Assembly (NCBI RefSeq): GCF_026571515.1 | Contig: NW_026862398.1 | Span: forward strand, 1 to 64,000 | DNA length: 64,000 bases | Source of the DNA: Ruditapes philippinarum | Lineage: Eukaryota | Reading direction: 5' to 3' | Part shown: positions 1 through 10,630 of the stretch, in pieces | Layout of the letters: every line of letters starts with the position of its first letter | Position numbering within the stretch: position 1 is the first letter of the stretch | The notes under the pieces: model-generated | The model's input: only the letters and a program-made list of their open reading frames with translations | The model's database searches: none | What the model was told of the DNA's origin: nothing | Made by a program: the position numbers and the translations under genes

Positions 1-217
1 CTATTTTGCAGGCGAGTTATTTGCTTGTGGATCTTACTGGAACTCAAAACCGCCAAGTTAGATGTTTGTGGAACAGTACATTACCCTCTTTACATTAAGA
101 GCTACAAACATATATGTTAGTGCATATTGTAGAGCTTTTCAAAACGAATCCAACGATACCAAACACGCCATATTTTCAAAAAATCAAGTTAGACGCTTCT
201 GGAATTAAGGTCACGAG
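1..217. mobile_element. Terminal part of a probable non-autonomous DNA transposon (TA-flanked), truncated by the window edge
   Basis: Homology between units A1 and A2 starts abruptly at 218 (tatatacatt vs tatattcatt at 8231). Bases 1-217 have no counterpart before A2 and end ...ttaaggtcacgag|TA. Confidence 0.45.
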
Positions 218-239
218 TATATACATTAACAAATAATGT

Positions 240-790
240 ACACGAGTGCTATGATAGGAGAACAATGTTCTTAAGTTTTCTTTATCTATACAATTGTATA
301 CATTTAACATGATACTCAAGTTTAGGGTTAAGTTTAGGGCCAATATAGCAAAGTTTACAGCATCATTTAGTTTCGGCAATAAAATCGTCCTATTACCTTT
401 AATCCATTAGACATGGATCGTTATTATGCTCATGACCTTTGATAGATAAGAATAGGGTAGGTTACACAATGGTATTGAATATCAGTGTCTTATGGAATTA
501 AGAGAAAAGTTGTTACCGTTAACAATTAAGGTAAAATAATTCATTTATATTATGTACGTTCTTATTATATTGCAACTTGCACTTTTATTAACGTTTATGC
601 TAATGTTTAAAATAAAACACATCATGTACATTTGTATCTGCATGATATTTAATTTATTTGTTCATTCATTGAAATGTTTTCTTTTTTCTTTTACCGAGCA
701 TCTTCTCATCAAAATGTTGTTGTTGTAAAAGCAACATGGAATTAAAAACATAATAATCTTTACAAATCCTTTTAAATTCAAAAAAAAAAA
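240..790 (+). pseudogene. Degenerate C-terminal part of a TLR-like gene (LRRCT, TM, start of cytoplasmic region)
   Basis: Hydrophobic run FIYIMYVLIILQLALLLTFMLMF at ~540-610, then HVHLYLHDI in another frame. Cys-containing LRRCT-like remnants precede it. Many stops and frameshifts. Confidence 0.4.
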
Positions 791-799
791 AAATCAATA

Positions 800-1030
800 T
801 AACATATGACACCCGCTTTAGCGGTACTCAGTTTTAAACACTTAAAAGTGCTGAAATCAATGATCCCGATTGACCTAAAAATATAACAACACTGAAGTTC
901 AAGCCAAGTTTAGCATTTAGCCTGCTGATTTTGTGTCATGTCCTTCCCTTGCTGTAAATTTGAAACAGTCCATCCAGTGTTTAGGGGATTTCAATATCAA
1001 AATAGTAACACGATGTACAAACTGACTGGG
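800..1030. mobile_element. Left half of the MITE that is complete at 8818-9200
   Basis: 800-855 matches the TIR at 8818-8870. The right TIR is missing because unrelated sequence starts at ~1040. Confidence 0.6.
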
Positions 1031-1054
1031 CAACGTTTATTACAACAGTTACGT

Positions 1055-1742
1055 ATAGGTTAGTGTTTAATAATATGCATTAACAAAAATAATTGGTCAA
1101 GCCTGCCGTAGGCAGGCGACCAATTATTTTTGTTAATGCATATTATTAAACATTAACCTATTTAATGATCAACATTATTTTTTTCAACTAACAACAAGGC
1201 ATTTCTCTAAATCACCTATAGCTCCGCCCTTTCGCTCTACAACATGTCTACACCTTGTCAAGTTGCTAACATGTCACATTTGGATAAGCTAAATAAATGG
1301 CCTAGGCACATTTTTTACTGAAATGTCACAGAATTTATACCTTTATCTACAGTAAGACTATCATGTTTATAATATGTCTGGAAAAAACAGCGAGGAAAAC
1401 AATGCAATAAGGTAAAAACAATGGAGTTAATGAAATGTGTACATCCTTTTAAAATAAATGGAAAATGTGAGAAAAAAATACATTAGAGATTATTCATTGA
1501 TACAAATTCGTTACTAGCTTCAAGTTATTCACTAACATTTAAAATCCCTATTGATTTGCTCATTTGAAAAACAGTTTATTTTTTTCTGTGTGAAGGGGGT
1601 CCATTTTCAATGAGTTTTCCAGCCAAAAAATGTAATCATTGTATTCTTGATATCAATGATTGTTAATGCAGTTTATTCCTATCAAGTGAAAGAAAATAAT
1701 GTTTTGGTTATGATTTATGTCATAATGTTATTATTACCTGTA
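1055..1742. mobile_element. A1-specific insertion with a terminal ~107-nt foldback (non-autonomous DNA element, family uncertain)
   Basis: Absent from A2. 1055-1161 is a near-perfect inverted repeat with tip gcctgcc-gta-ggcaggc. The right boundary is inferred from A1/A2 homology resuming near 1755. Confidence 0.55.
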
Positions 1743-1989
1743 GTCTGACTGCTCTGTACATGTATGACATTTGTACGACACAGAATATCATATTAATCGT
1801 GAGCTGTTTCTTTTAAGTTTTAGCTCATACCCCTGTGAAAAACAACAACAGAATAATATACGTTAAACACTAACACACTAACATACAAAATTACATACAC
1901 TCGCAGCAGTTACTTCTTCTACTTATGATAAAGATTGTAGAATGAAAAAAGCGATATTAATTAAACTAAATGAGTGATTGGCTTGGGAA

Positions 1990-2520
1990 TTGCATTTCGA
2001 TTATCTCTCATGAACAAGGTGCGAGGGGTGTTGCATTTTGATAACCTCTACTGAACAAGGTGCGAGGGGTGTTGCATTTTCCATTATCTTTCATGAACAA
2101 GGTGCGAGGGGTGTTTCAGTTTTCATTATCTCTCATTAACAAGGTGCGAGGGTGTTTCAATTTCCATGAACTCTTATGAACAAGGTGCGAGGGGTGTTGC
2201 AGTTTCCATTATCTCTCATGAACAAGGTGCGAGAGGTGTTGCATTTTTCATTGTCTCTCATGAACAAGGTGCGAGGAGTGTTGCGTTTTTCATTATCTCT
2301 CGTGAACGAAGTGCGAGGGTGTTGCAATTTCCATTATCTCTCATGTACAAGGTGCGAGGTATGTTGCATTTCAATTATCTCTCATGAACAAGGTGCGAGG
2401 AGTGTTGCAATTTTTTCTTCCCTCATGAACAAGGTTCGAGGGATGTTGCATTTTCCACTACCTGTCATGAACAAGGTGCGAAGGGTGTTGCATTTTCCGT
2501 TATCTCTCATTAACAAGATC
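1990..2520 (+). repeat. ~42-bp minisatellite (~12-13 units)
   Basis: Tandem units of consensus TGCATTTTCCATTATCTCTCATGAACAAGGTGCGAGGGGTGT. This explains ORFs 2166 and 2176. Confidence 0.95.
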
Positions 2521-4650
2521 AACTTTGTGATTTTCAAATATATTGTTTGTTTTCCTTACTCGAGAGCGCGCGTTCCTATCAAAAATGTTTCCTATTCTTT
2601 TAAAAAGACGGTACTGTACACTTTCAAATTTGGCATAATTTCCGTTATATGAATTGTGTACAGTTTTGTTATCCTCTACGGATCATCTTTGTGTTTTACA
2701 ATAATTTACAAAACTCGTAAACTTACATAAAGTTGAGTGTCAGACGATTATATATCTTCATCTCATATTTACTAACAATCGTGGGACGTATAAACTCTTA
2801 CATTTGAAATTATGTCTGGCACATTTGAACCATTTATTGTATCATTGACAAACTTGCTACTGATACTCATTACACAAAACCTTCTGAATTCCATTTAGTT
2901 TTATCGAGCATTAATTTATTAAAGGAATTCCACTGAGGCTCTAAAGCCTAAAAACGAGGAAATTGAAATTGTTAAAGAGATTAGAAACGGAAATAAATTG
3001 CAAAAGGTAATGCATAAAATAATAAAATGATAAGAATTGAATTAAATTGAATTTCTTTTGCGATTCCTAACCCGCTGAGTTAAAGCAAAAGCGTCTGAAC
3101 GCTTTTAATTTTAGGGGTAATTTTGCACAATTCCAATCACTATTCTGGTAAACACTGTAAGCGAATGATTTGAAACTTTGCATTATACCTATTGCATGTC
3201 AGGACGACCTACATCCAATAAAACGAAAATATCGAAAAATTCTTATCCGTCATGCCAAATACAGAATACCGAAATATCCAAAGAACGCCCAAAATGCCAT
3301 AGGAAAAAAAAATCAGTGGAACAAAGGTCAATACCGGAATATTTGTTAATTAAGATACTTGTGTTATTTAAAGAAGGCTTTCGTTAAAGATTTATTTTTC
3401 ATTTGGTAATATCATCTACTGCAGTTTACTTTTTCTCAATTGTTTAAGTCTCAAATAAACCCAATAACAAATAAAGAAATACCCAATGCTGGTCTTTGGC
3501 ATACAAGTGTGCAAAAATATATCATTGAGCATTTTATTACCTAATAACATAATTTTAAGACGTTTTCATTAAGGCTTTTCGGCCGAAAGCCGCCTGAAAT
3601 CAGGTTTGTCTTCCTGTACATTTTACTAGGAAGAAAAGAATATAAAAATAATTTTTCATTGGTTAACTGGAATCTTGAAATTGGAAATCTTATTTGCCAT
3701 TACCTGATTACCTGTGTGGTCGAGGTGTTAGAGTCGATGACTTCTAATCCATTTACCTTTCTGGCGTGGGTTCGATCCCCGGGAGATGCTTTGGTAGTTT
3801 AGCGCGGAGGAAGGTAGTCTAGTACTGGTGTAACTCTCCAGGAACGATGGTTAGGAAACTACCCGCCTGTATGACTGAAATACTGTTGCGAAAAGGCGTA
3901 AAATGAAACAAACAAACAAACTGTCTGAAATTGCAAATACAAAATTTTAAGCCGTTTTCACGAGGGGTTTGTTTTACCTTTCCATTACAATTTCCTGTTG
4001 AAACGCTATGAACTCCTCTATTTTTCCAGCGTCTGTCTTATAGATTTAACACATTACAAAAATTTAAATTAACAAGCTTTCAAAATCATTTAAGATAATA
4101 AAGCACCTAGCTGTGACAACATCGACAAATCTTGAAACATTCAAAATATGCTAATATTAAAACGCAATTTAGAATATGATTTATTTATTTATTTAGATGA
4201 AATATCTGAAGATATCTCTACTATCTTAGGAGAAGCTATGTAAACACATGTTCCTTAATTGCATGTTAATCTGATAAGAAGTACATAAACAATTAGGAAA
4301 TATCTGACTGTTCAACTTCTAAAATGCTTTGGATACATGTATTTTGTATAAATAGATACTTTGAAATAGATAATTTCAAACAAATTTCTCGAGGACAACG
4401 CTTATCATTAAATAATAGTACATGTATGTTTAACTACTTCAAGGATTTACTTTAACTCTGTTGCATCCTGCTTACTTTCATGTTTAAAAATCTACTGTTT
4501 ATTGTCATGCAAACAAAAGATGCAGAAATGGATCCAGACCCAGACAGGTTTTGTTAGTAAATGAAAATAACTCGGCAGCTGTAGCAATTACCAATGATTG
4601 TATTTAACTATTCATTTCGAATAAAACAACAAAGTTTTTTGTATAACTAG
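2500..4650 (+). pseudogene. Degenerate multi-cysteine-cluster TLR-like gene (LRR, LRRCT, LRRNT, LRR, TIR), copy A1
   Basis: CDS*PAELKQKRL at 3059 (end of LRRCT). RPTSNKTKIS...CQIQNTEISKERP at 3205-3290 (LRRNT-like). EYDLFIYLDE at 4172 (TIR box 1-like), SRTTLII at ~4387, and NLLFIVMQ at 4489 (TIR C-terminal strand). The order matches TLR architecture. Interrupted by a SINE. Confidence 0.65.
3709..3920 (+). mobile_element. tRNA-derived SINE, A1-specific
   Basis: A box tggtcgaggtg, B box gggttcgatccc, 3' end atgactgaaatactgttg...ggcgtaaaa with an (aaac)n tail. The empty site is in A2 (ttacctgactgaaattgcaaa, ~11827). Confidence 0.85.
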
Positions 4651-4859
4651 TCTATAAAGAATGCTCAAATGAATTGATACAGAAAGTTGTAATGTCAACA
4701 AATGTTTGAAAGAATCAAGCATTTCAAAAGAAAAGGACTGATAAGAACGCTTCTATCTCGTAATATCGTATGATATTCGAATAATTTCAGGTAATCGACG
4801 TTCAAATATTTAGATGTTAAAAGGTAAGTAATTTCTCAGGATAGAGGAATTCATTATTT

Positions 4860-6790
4860 ATGAGTAAATGATAACAATGATAAACCCCTTCGTGTCACTT
4901 TTTCTCTTGTTTGAAAGAAAAACGTAATTCACTGCAACGAATTCATTGATCCCGACAGAAGATCTAATCGCTTTTTGAAGACACATATGAAAATTATGTT
5001 AAGATCTACAAAACTTTGACTTAAAGAGTTTATCATTCAATAGTATGTCCCAATAACATGGTATGTAATAGGCACTTACAAGCTAATACAAGTCGACTAC
5101 ACTTCTATCTTTAATAGAATTTTATGTTTTTATGAAAAGTGTTTAGCTTCAATCAGGTATGTTTATTAATATAAACCCGCTTTAATATATTTCGATATCT
5201 GAAAACATAATGCATAAATTATTACAAGACAATGTATTGCAATTTCCAATATATTGCGATATATTACACAACCCTAATTGTAAATCAAGCATACAAAGAA
5301 TATTACTTATCTAGTGTAAAACATATACTAGGAAGTATGATGTAGGCCATTGTAATGTTCATTAGTTTTGTGGAGACGTATCATTTAATTTAATCAGAGA
5401 AATTCTAAATTTGTAAAATCACGATTTAATCATTTTTATTACACGTGATGCTATAGTGTCTTGTTCGCCTAATGGAAATAAATTAACGACTTATATAGCA
5501 GACACACGTGTAATGACTGCAGTATGAAGTAACCAGGAAGATATCTGCTCATATTTATCTGTGGCATATTTGAAATATTACCGGCAGATAACAACAATGT
5601 ATTACATAAGGAAAAGTCCAGTCAGATATATAAAACTCTTCAGCATGGCAACCGCCAAGTTTTCCAACGAGTAATTAAAAGTGAGAAAAAAGCTTATCTA
5701 ATTGAAGAGAGATATCGTTGCTGTAGAGATTTTAATTAAATCTTTTACTGCTTGAACACTTCAATTATTAAATCAATTCCACCTATTCTTATTCCGGCAT
5801 CCATCATATTTTAAATTAAGATGGTTTGTACTATTTTTCGTTATTTTTGTTATAATATCATACTATTTATGATTTGAATATGCTGAAATTGTGTTAAGGA
5901 AAATCACGTATGTTTGTCTCTGTAAAAATGATTTTAATTTTTTCCTTATTTATATTTCACGCTTTCATGGCATTTTAGTAATGCTATACCGTGTCTTTGT
6001 TTGTTTGAATTTACTTCCTCACGCTTCTCATTAACATAATAGTAGCAATAACGCCAAGGAGCACTTGCATATACTGTTGTTGACGCTGACGAACAAATTC
6101 GATCGAATTATATAGACAGTATAAGAAACTAAATGTGTAAACACGTAATGGAATACAATCATATCACACTTACATTGTAAGTTGTCGTCTGCTATTGTGA
6201 TTTGCATTTTCTTTTTCTTTTCGTAATTTATGGAATTATATCGACTTTTAATTACATTGGAAGTGATAACAGACGCGCTGACACACTAACAAGGTAAGGG
6301 GCAGTGAATGTGATGCAAATAGAAATTGTAATTATGTGACGGCTGACGAGCGATTATCAACTTGCATATCAGAGATGCATTTAATACATTAAAATTACTC
6401 CTTGGATTTGATAAAATTATGATATTTATAGGTGTAATCTATCAAAATATTTACTCTTTGATGTAATGGTATTTTATACAAAAAATATAGTTGAATGTAA
6501 CAAAAAGATAATTTAAATAAAAACCATAAGTTATCGTTTTTCATATGCTTTGAAGTGGCGTAAAGATTTTGCGATGATAAATATTATATGAAGTTATGTC
6601 TGTTCAATATGCTTTATTTTAAAACTGACTCAGAACATGTTCTAATACTTAACAGAAATTATTTAGATTTTTCAGCCTTGCATTTACCATTTGTATTACT
6701 AATCACCCGTTAATCACCAAAACAGTTTCTGATATTTTAACCCTAGATGAATTAAACAGCATTTGACATGACTAAGATGTGTCATTTTAA
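4860..6790 (+). pseudogene. Degenerate LRR ectodomain remnant(s), copy A1
   Basis: LRR-like fragments DLQNFDLKSLSFN (~5003), IVSCSPNGNKLTT (~5453) and MELYRLLITLEVITDAL (~6230). No long ORF. Confidence 0.35.
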
Positions 6791-6817
6791 TTAAACAATA
6801 AAGTTTTTTTTTGCATT

Positions 6818-7404
6818 TTTGTGCGGCATACTAAAGAGTAGCATTATTTCTCCGTCGCCAGTCTGTGTGTCTGTCCGTGCATATATTTAGGCAGGTTCTA
6901 GGATGCTGCAGAAACAATAGGCAACTGTACTTTTCTATGATGTTATTCATTCTGTAAACTCTTACGTGGCTGTGTTTTTCCTAATGTGCAGAACATTTGG
7001 AGAACAAAAGAGTGGCCAAGCATCCAAATGTTAATACGTTCGTTTGTCCTTCCATCACAAAATTTACCGGACAACTCCTCAAACACTGTTGGTGAAAGTT
7101 CGTTCATCAAATTTTTAAAGTAATGATCATAATAATCAGTATTAAGTACAGTTGTGCATAGCATAGGCATTTTCCAGTGGATTTTTGTCAGAGTTATAGC
7201 CTTTCAATGATTTTGATTTTTAAAGTTTGTCCAGACTTTTTCTCTTACACTACTAATACAAGTTTAATAAAATGTTACAGGAATGATCTTACCTCAAGTA
7301 CAGGCGCAAATTTAACTTGTCTTTCAGTTGAATGATTTTGACTGTCCCAATCACCCCGCAATATAACTACTTAATTGGCATCAGGCGGCATTGTGTGCAC
7401 TGAT
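6818..7404 (+). mobile_element. HINE/Helentron-associated-type non-autonomous element (degenerate), A1 copy
   Basis: T-rich start, gtctgtgtgtctgtccgt microsatellite, internal repeat with gttgtgcata and cagagttatagc motifs, and end ggcggcat...tgct. The orthologue is at 14553-15102. Confidence 0.55.
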
Positions 7405-7549
7405 TGCTACCAGGGTGAGAAAAATGTGCAGCATGACCGGGACTCGAACCCGGGGCCCTCGCAATACCGTACCGCGGCTTTACCGACTGAGCTATCTGGC
7501 CGCTTAAACACCATCTCCCCTAAATAGTGAACAGTTCTGAACCGTGACA
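7405..7549 (-). mobile_element. ~145-bp TG...CA-bounded insertion with a tRNA-like Pol III head (solo-LTR-like or short tRNA-derived element)
   Basis: Absent from A2. Minus strand 7503-7427 reads GCGGCCAGATAGCTCAGTCGGTAAAGC...GGGTTCGAGTCCCGGTC, followed by CATTTTTCTC. The + strand ends are tgctac...gtgaca. Confidence 0.65.
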
Positions 7550-7859
7550 TACCATTTGAGTGTTATTGGCTTTAATTTTGCCTCCATTTGCCATGAAGTT
7601 ACTTGTTTCAAAATTAATAAAACATGCAATATTTTAATAAAAATATATAACATAAAAATATATAACATTGCCCACACAAATCGAACCAATCGAACCCATT
7701 ATTTATTCTGATATTATATTAAACACTTTCATTGTTATTTTATTAAAGTTTATTTTACCATGCAAAATTGCAAATAATTTACTATGATATGATATGATAT
7801 GATCTGATCTTGGTATATTTATGTGTGCTGACAGTTTAAATGTAGGAAATATCTAAATA

Positions 7860-8810
7860 ATGCGCAAATAATTACCCTTGCTTGAAACAATGATATATTA
7901 TACACATTTGGCTCGAATATGGGCGATAGAAATGCGCTTGCATATAAACTATATACAACGCAACTTGTGATTTTATTACAAATAGCATACAATCAGGAAT
8001 TCGCTTAAACATCTTTAACTCAGAAAACTAAATTGCATGATGGAGTAAACTTATCGTTATATCATTAAGTTGAATAGAACGATTTAAAACCCCAATAAAA
8101 TATCAATTTCATGTATGTTATCATCATTTAATTGATGCACGAAGTAAATTGCATTTGTATGGCAACAAGTTTCAGAGAAAAAATGACAAATACAATACAC
8201 ATTTGTTTATTTGATAGTGATGATAGACAATATATTCATTTACAAATAATTTACAAGAGTGCTAGGATAGGAGAACGTTGTCCTTAAGTTTTATTTACCT
8301 ATACAATTGTATAAATTTAACATGATACTCAAGTTTAGGGTTGATTTGAGGGCCAATATAGCAAAGTTTACTGCATCATTTAGTTTCGGCAATAAAATCC
8401 TTCTATTACCTTTAATCTATTAGACATGGACCGTTATTGTTCTAACGACCTTTGATAGATAGGAATAGGTACGACATAATGGTAGATTGCATAATGGAAT
8501 TGAATATCTGTGTCTTATGGAATTAGGAGAAAAGTTGTTACAGTAAAAAAGTAAGGTAAAATAATTTATTTATATTATGTACGTTCTTATTATATTGCAA
8601 CTTGCACTTTTATTAACGTTTATGCTAATGTTTAGAATACATCATGTACATTTGTATCTGCATGATATTTCATTTATTTGTTCATTGAAATGTTTTCTTT
8701 TTTCTTTTACCGAGCATCTTCCTATTAAAATGTTGTTGTAAAAGCAACATCGAATTAAAAACATAATAATCTTTACAAATCTCTTTAAATTAAAAGTTTT
8801 AAACAGTATT
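7860..8810 (+). pseudogene. Degenerate TLR-like remnant (LRR/LRRCT, TM); paralogue of 240-790 with extra upstream part
   Basis: KLHLYGNKF or NCICM at ~8145, DRYCSN at ~8430, TM-like hydrophobic run at ~8565-8630. Confidence 0.4.
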
Positions 8811-8817
8811 CAATATA

Positions 8818-9200
8818 ACCTCTGGCACCGGCTTGAGCGGTGCTCAGTTTTAAACACTTAAAAGTGCTGGAATCAATGATCCCAAAAGATCTAAAAATAT
8901 AACAACACTAAAGTGCAAGCCAATTTTAGCATTTTGCTGCTGATTTTGTGTCATGGATTTTTCTTGCTTTAAATTTGGAACAGAATTTGGAACTGTCCAT
9001 CCGATGTTTATGGGATTTCAATATCAAAATTGTAAAACTGAGCCACCAACTGTGTAGAGCCTGGCCAGGAAACACGGATGTGCAGGCTGGCTTGTGTACT
9101 ACAAGAGTTACAACAGGTTAGGGTATATACGATTCAGTGTTATCTTTTCCAGCACTTTTAAGTGCTGAAAATTGAGTACCGCTCAAGCCGGTGCTAGGGG
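8818..9200. mobile_element. MITE with ~52-bp terminal inverted repeats, containing a nested fragment of a second MITE
   Basis: 8818-8870 (cctctggcaccggcttgagcggtgctcagttttaaacacttaaaagtgctgg) is the approximate reverse complement of 9149-9200. The interior 8930-9120 carries cacggatgtgcaggctgg. Confidence 0.85.
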
Positions 9201-9223
9201 CCGTGAGGGATGTTACACTCATT

Positions 9224-9530
9224 CATTATCCCTGATGTACAGACTCATGTACAGACTCAATCAAACCGAGTCTGCAATTTTCATGTAATTTTGTTGTGAT
9301 TAATGCTTCCGAGGGATCACTTTTCTTCCAGATTTTTATATATTAAAGGTCTTGACAAGATAATGTTATGCTACTCGTGTTCTCTACAAATGAAATATTA
9401 TTTTTCTATTTGTTCATGCACGTTTTCATTATCCATCATGTACAGACTCAATCAAACTGAGCCCAAAATTTGCATGCAATTTTGTTTTGATTAATGCTTT
9501 CGAGGGATCACCGTCCTTCCAGATTTTTTT
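9224..9530 (+). repeat. Local ~105-bp diverged direct repeat
   Basis: cattatcc...atgtacagactcaatcaaac...gattaatgctt.cgagggatcac...cttccagattttt occurs at 9224-9337 and 9427-9530. Confidence 0.8.
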
Positions 9531-10224
9531 TGGCAATGAAAAAACTTCTGCTCATATCAATGTTTTATTGACAGTAAGAACTGATTAACATAATAATAGG
9601 CTTATTCGATGTATTAAGCGGCACATGGAAAACACATTAGTTGTTTGTTAGAATGTAAGCAATCAATACGTAGTAATTTTGTAAGCAGTTTTTTGCAAGC
9701 AATCAGCATAGAACACGTATTGTTATGATTTATGCATTACCTGGAGTCTCCCTGCACTGTACATGTACATATATTTTCAAGACACACAATAATATTAACT
9801 GCTTCTCCGTCCTCTTGGAGAAAAAAACAACAAAAAAACAACAACAACAACAACAATAACAAAACAATAAATGTTAAACACTAAGACATGCACTCGTAGC
9901 AGATACTTTTCTGTACTTTTGAGTAAAAAATGTAGAATATCTACTAAAGTATACTGATTGAATGAAAAATGCGACATAACAATTCATGCATTTCATAAAT
10001 TCTTTTATACCATATTTATCTGGTTAAATGGATGCATTACAGATAACAGTGAAAGTCATTCTTACTAGCTTTTCTCTGTGGTGCAGTGTTTTGCATTGTG
10101 TTGCACCGTACTTTATCTCATTATTGATGTTCTTTTCTTTTAGTTCTTTGGGATAGGTTGACTTCCAGTCCGCTTTGTGTTAAGGATTGAATACTGCCTG
10201 AGCTAGTGCTCGAAGGACGCAAGG

Positions 10225-10630
10225 GTAATGCATTTTCCATTATCTCTCATTAACACGGTGCGAGGGTGTAGCATTTTCTATTATCTCTCATGAACAAGGT
10301 GCGAGTTGTGTTGCATTTTCTATTATCTCTCATGAACAAGGTGCTAGGGTGTTGTATTATTCATTATCTCTCATGAACAAGGTGCTACGGTGTTGCATTT
10401 TTCATTATCTCTCATGAACATGGTGCGAGGGGTGTAGTATTTTAAATTATCTCTCATGTACATGGTGCGAGGATGTTGCATTTCAATTATCTGTCATGAA
10501 CAGGGTGTGAGGAATGTTGCATTTTCCATTATCTCTCATATACAAGGTGCGAGAGTTGATGCATTTTCCACTATCTCACATAACAAGGTTCGAGAGATGT
10601 TGCATTTTTCATTATTACTCATGAACAAGA
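10225..10630 (+). repeat. ~42-bp minisatellite (~10 units), paralogue of 1990-2520
   Basis: Same unit, tgcattttc.attatctctcatgaacaaggtgcgag. Confidence 0.95.

Larger units (their letters stand above)
218..7686 (+). repeat. Tandem segmental duplication, unit A1 (paralogue of 8231-15251)
   Basis: Collinear similarity with A2 throughout, offset ~8013 at the start. Both end at ...gcccacacaaatcgaa. They differ by copy-specific insertions. Confidence 0.95.

Noticed and set aside
1055-1161. microRNA precursor
   Set aside because: The stem is nearly perfect and very AT-rich, lies at an insertion boundary and is absent from the paralogous unit. There is no expression evidence.
2166-2652. ORFs 2166, 2176 and 10456 as real proteins
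   Set aside because: They are minisatellite read-throughs; unit-length variants shift the frame differently in A1 and A2.
6168-6207. Minus-strand first exon MQITIADDNLQ followed by gtaagt (also ~14115-14153)
   Set aside because: I found no compatible downstream exons, and the neighbouring sequence fits + strand LRR remnants better.
7427-7503. Functional tRNA gene
   Set aside because: The acceptor and anticodon stems do not pair convincingly by eye, and the sequence is part of a copy-specific insertion.
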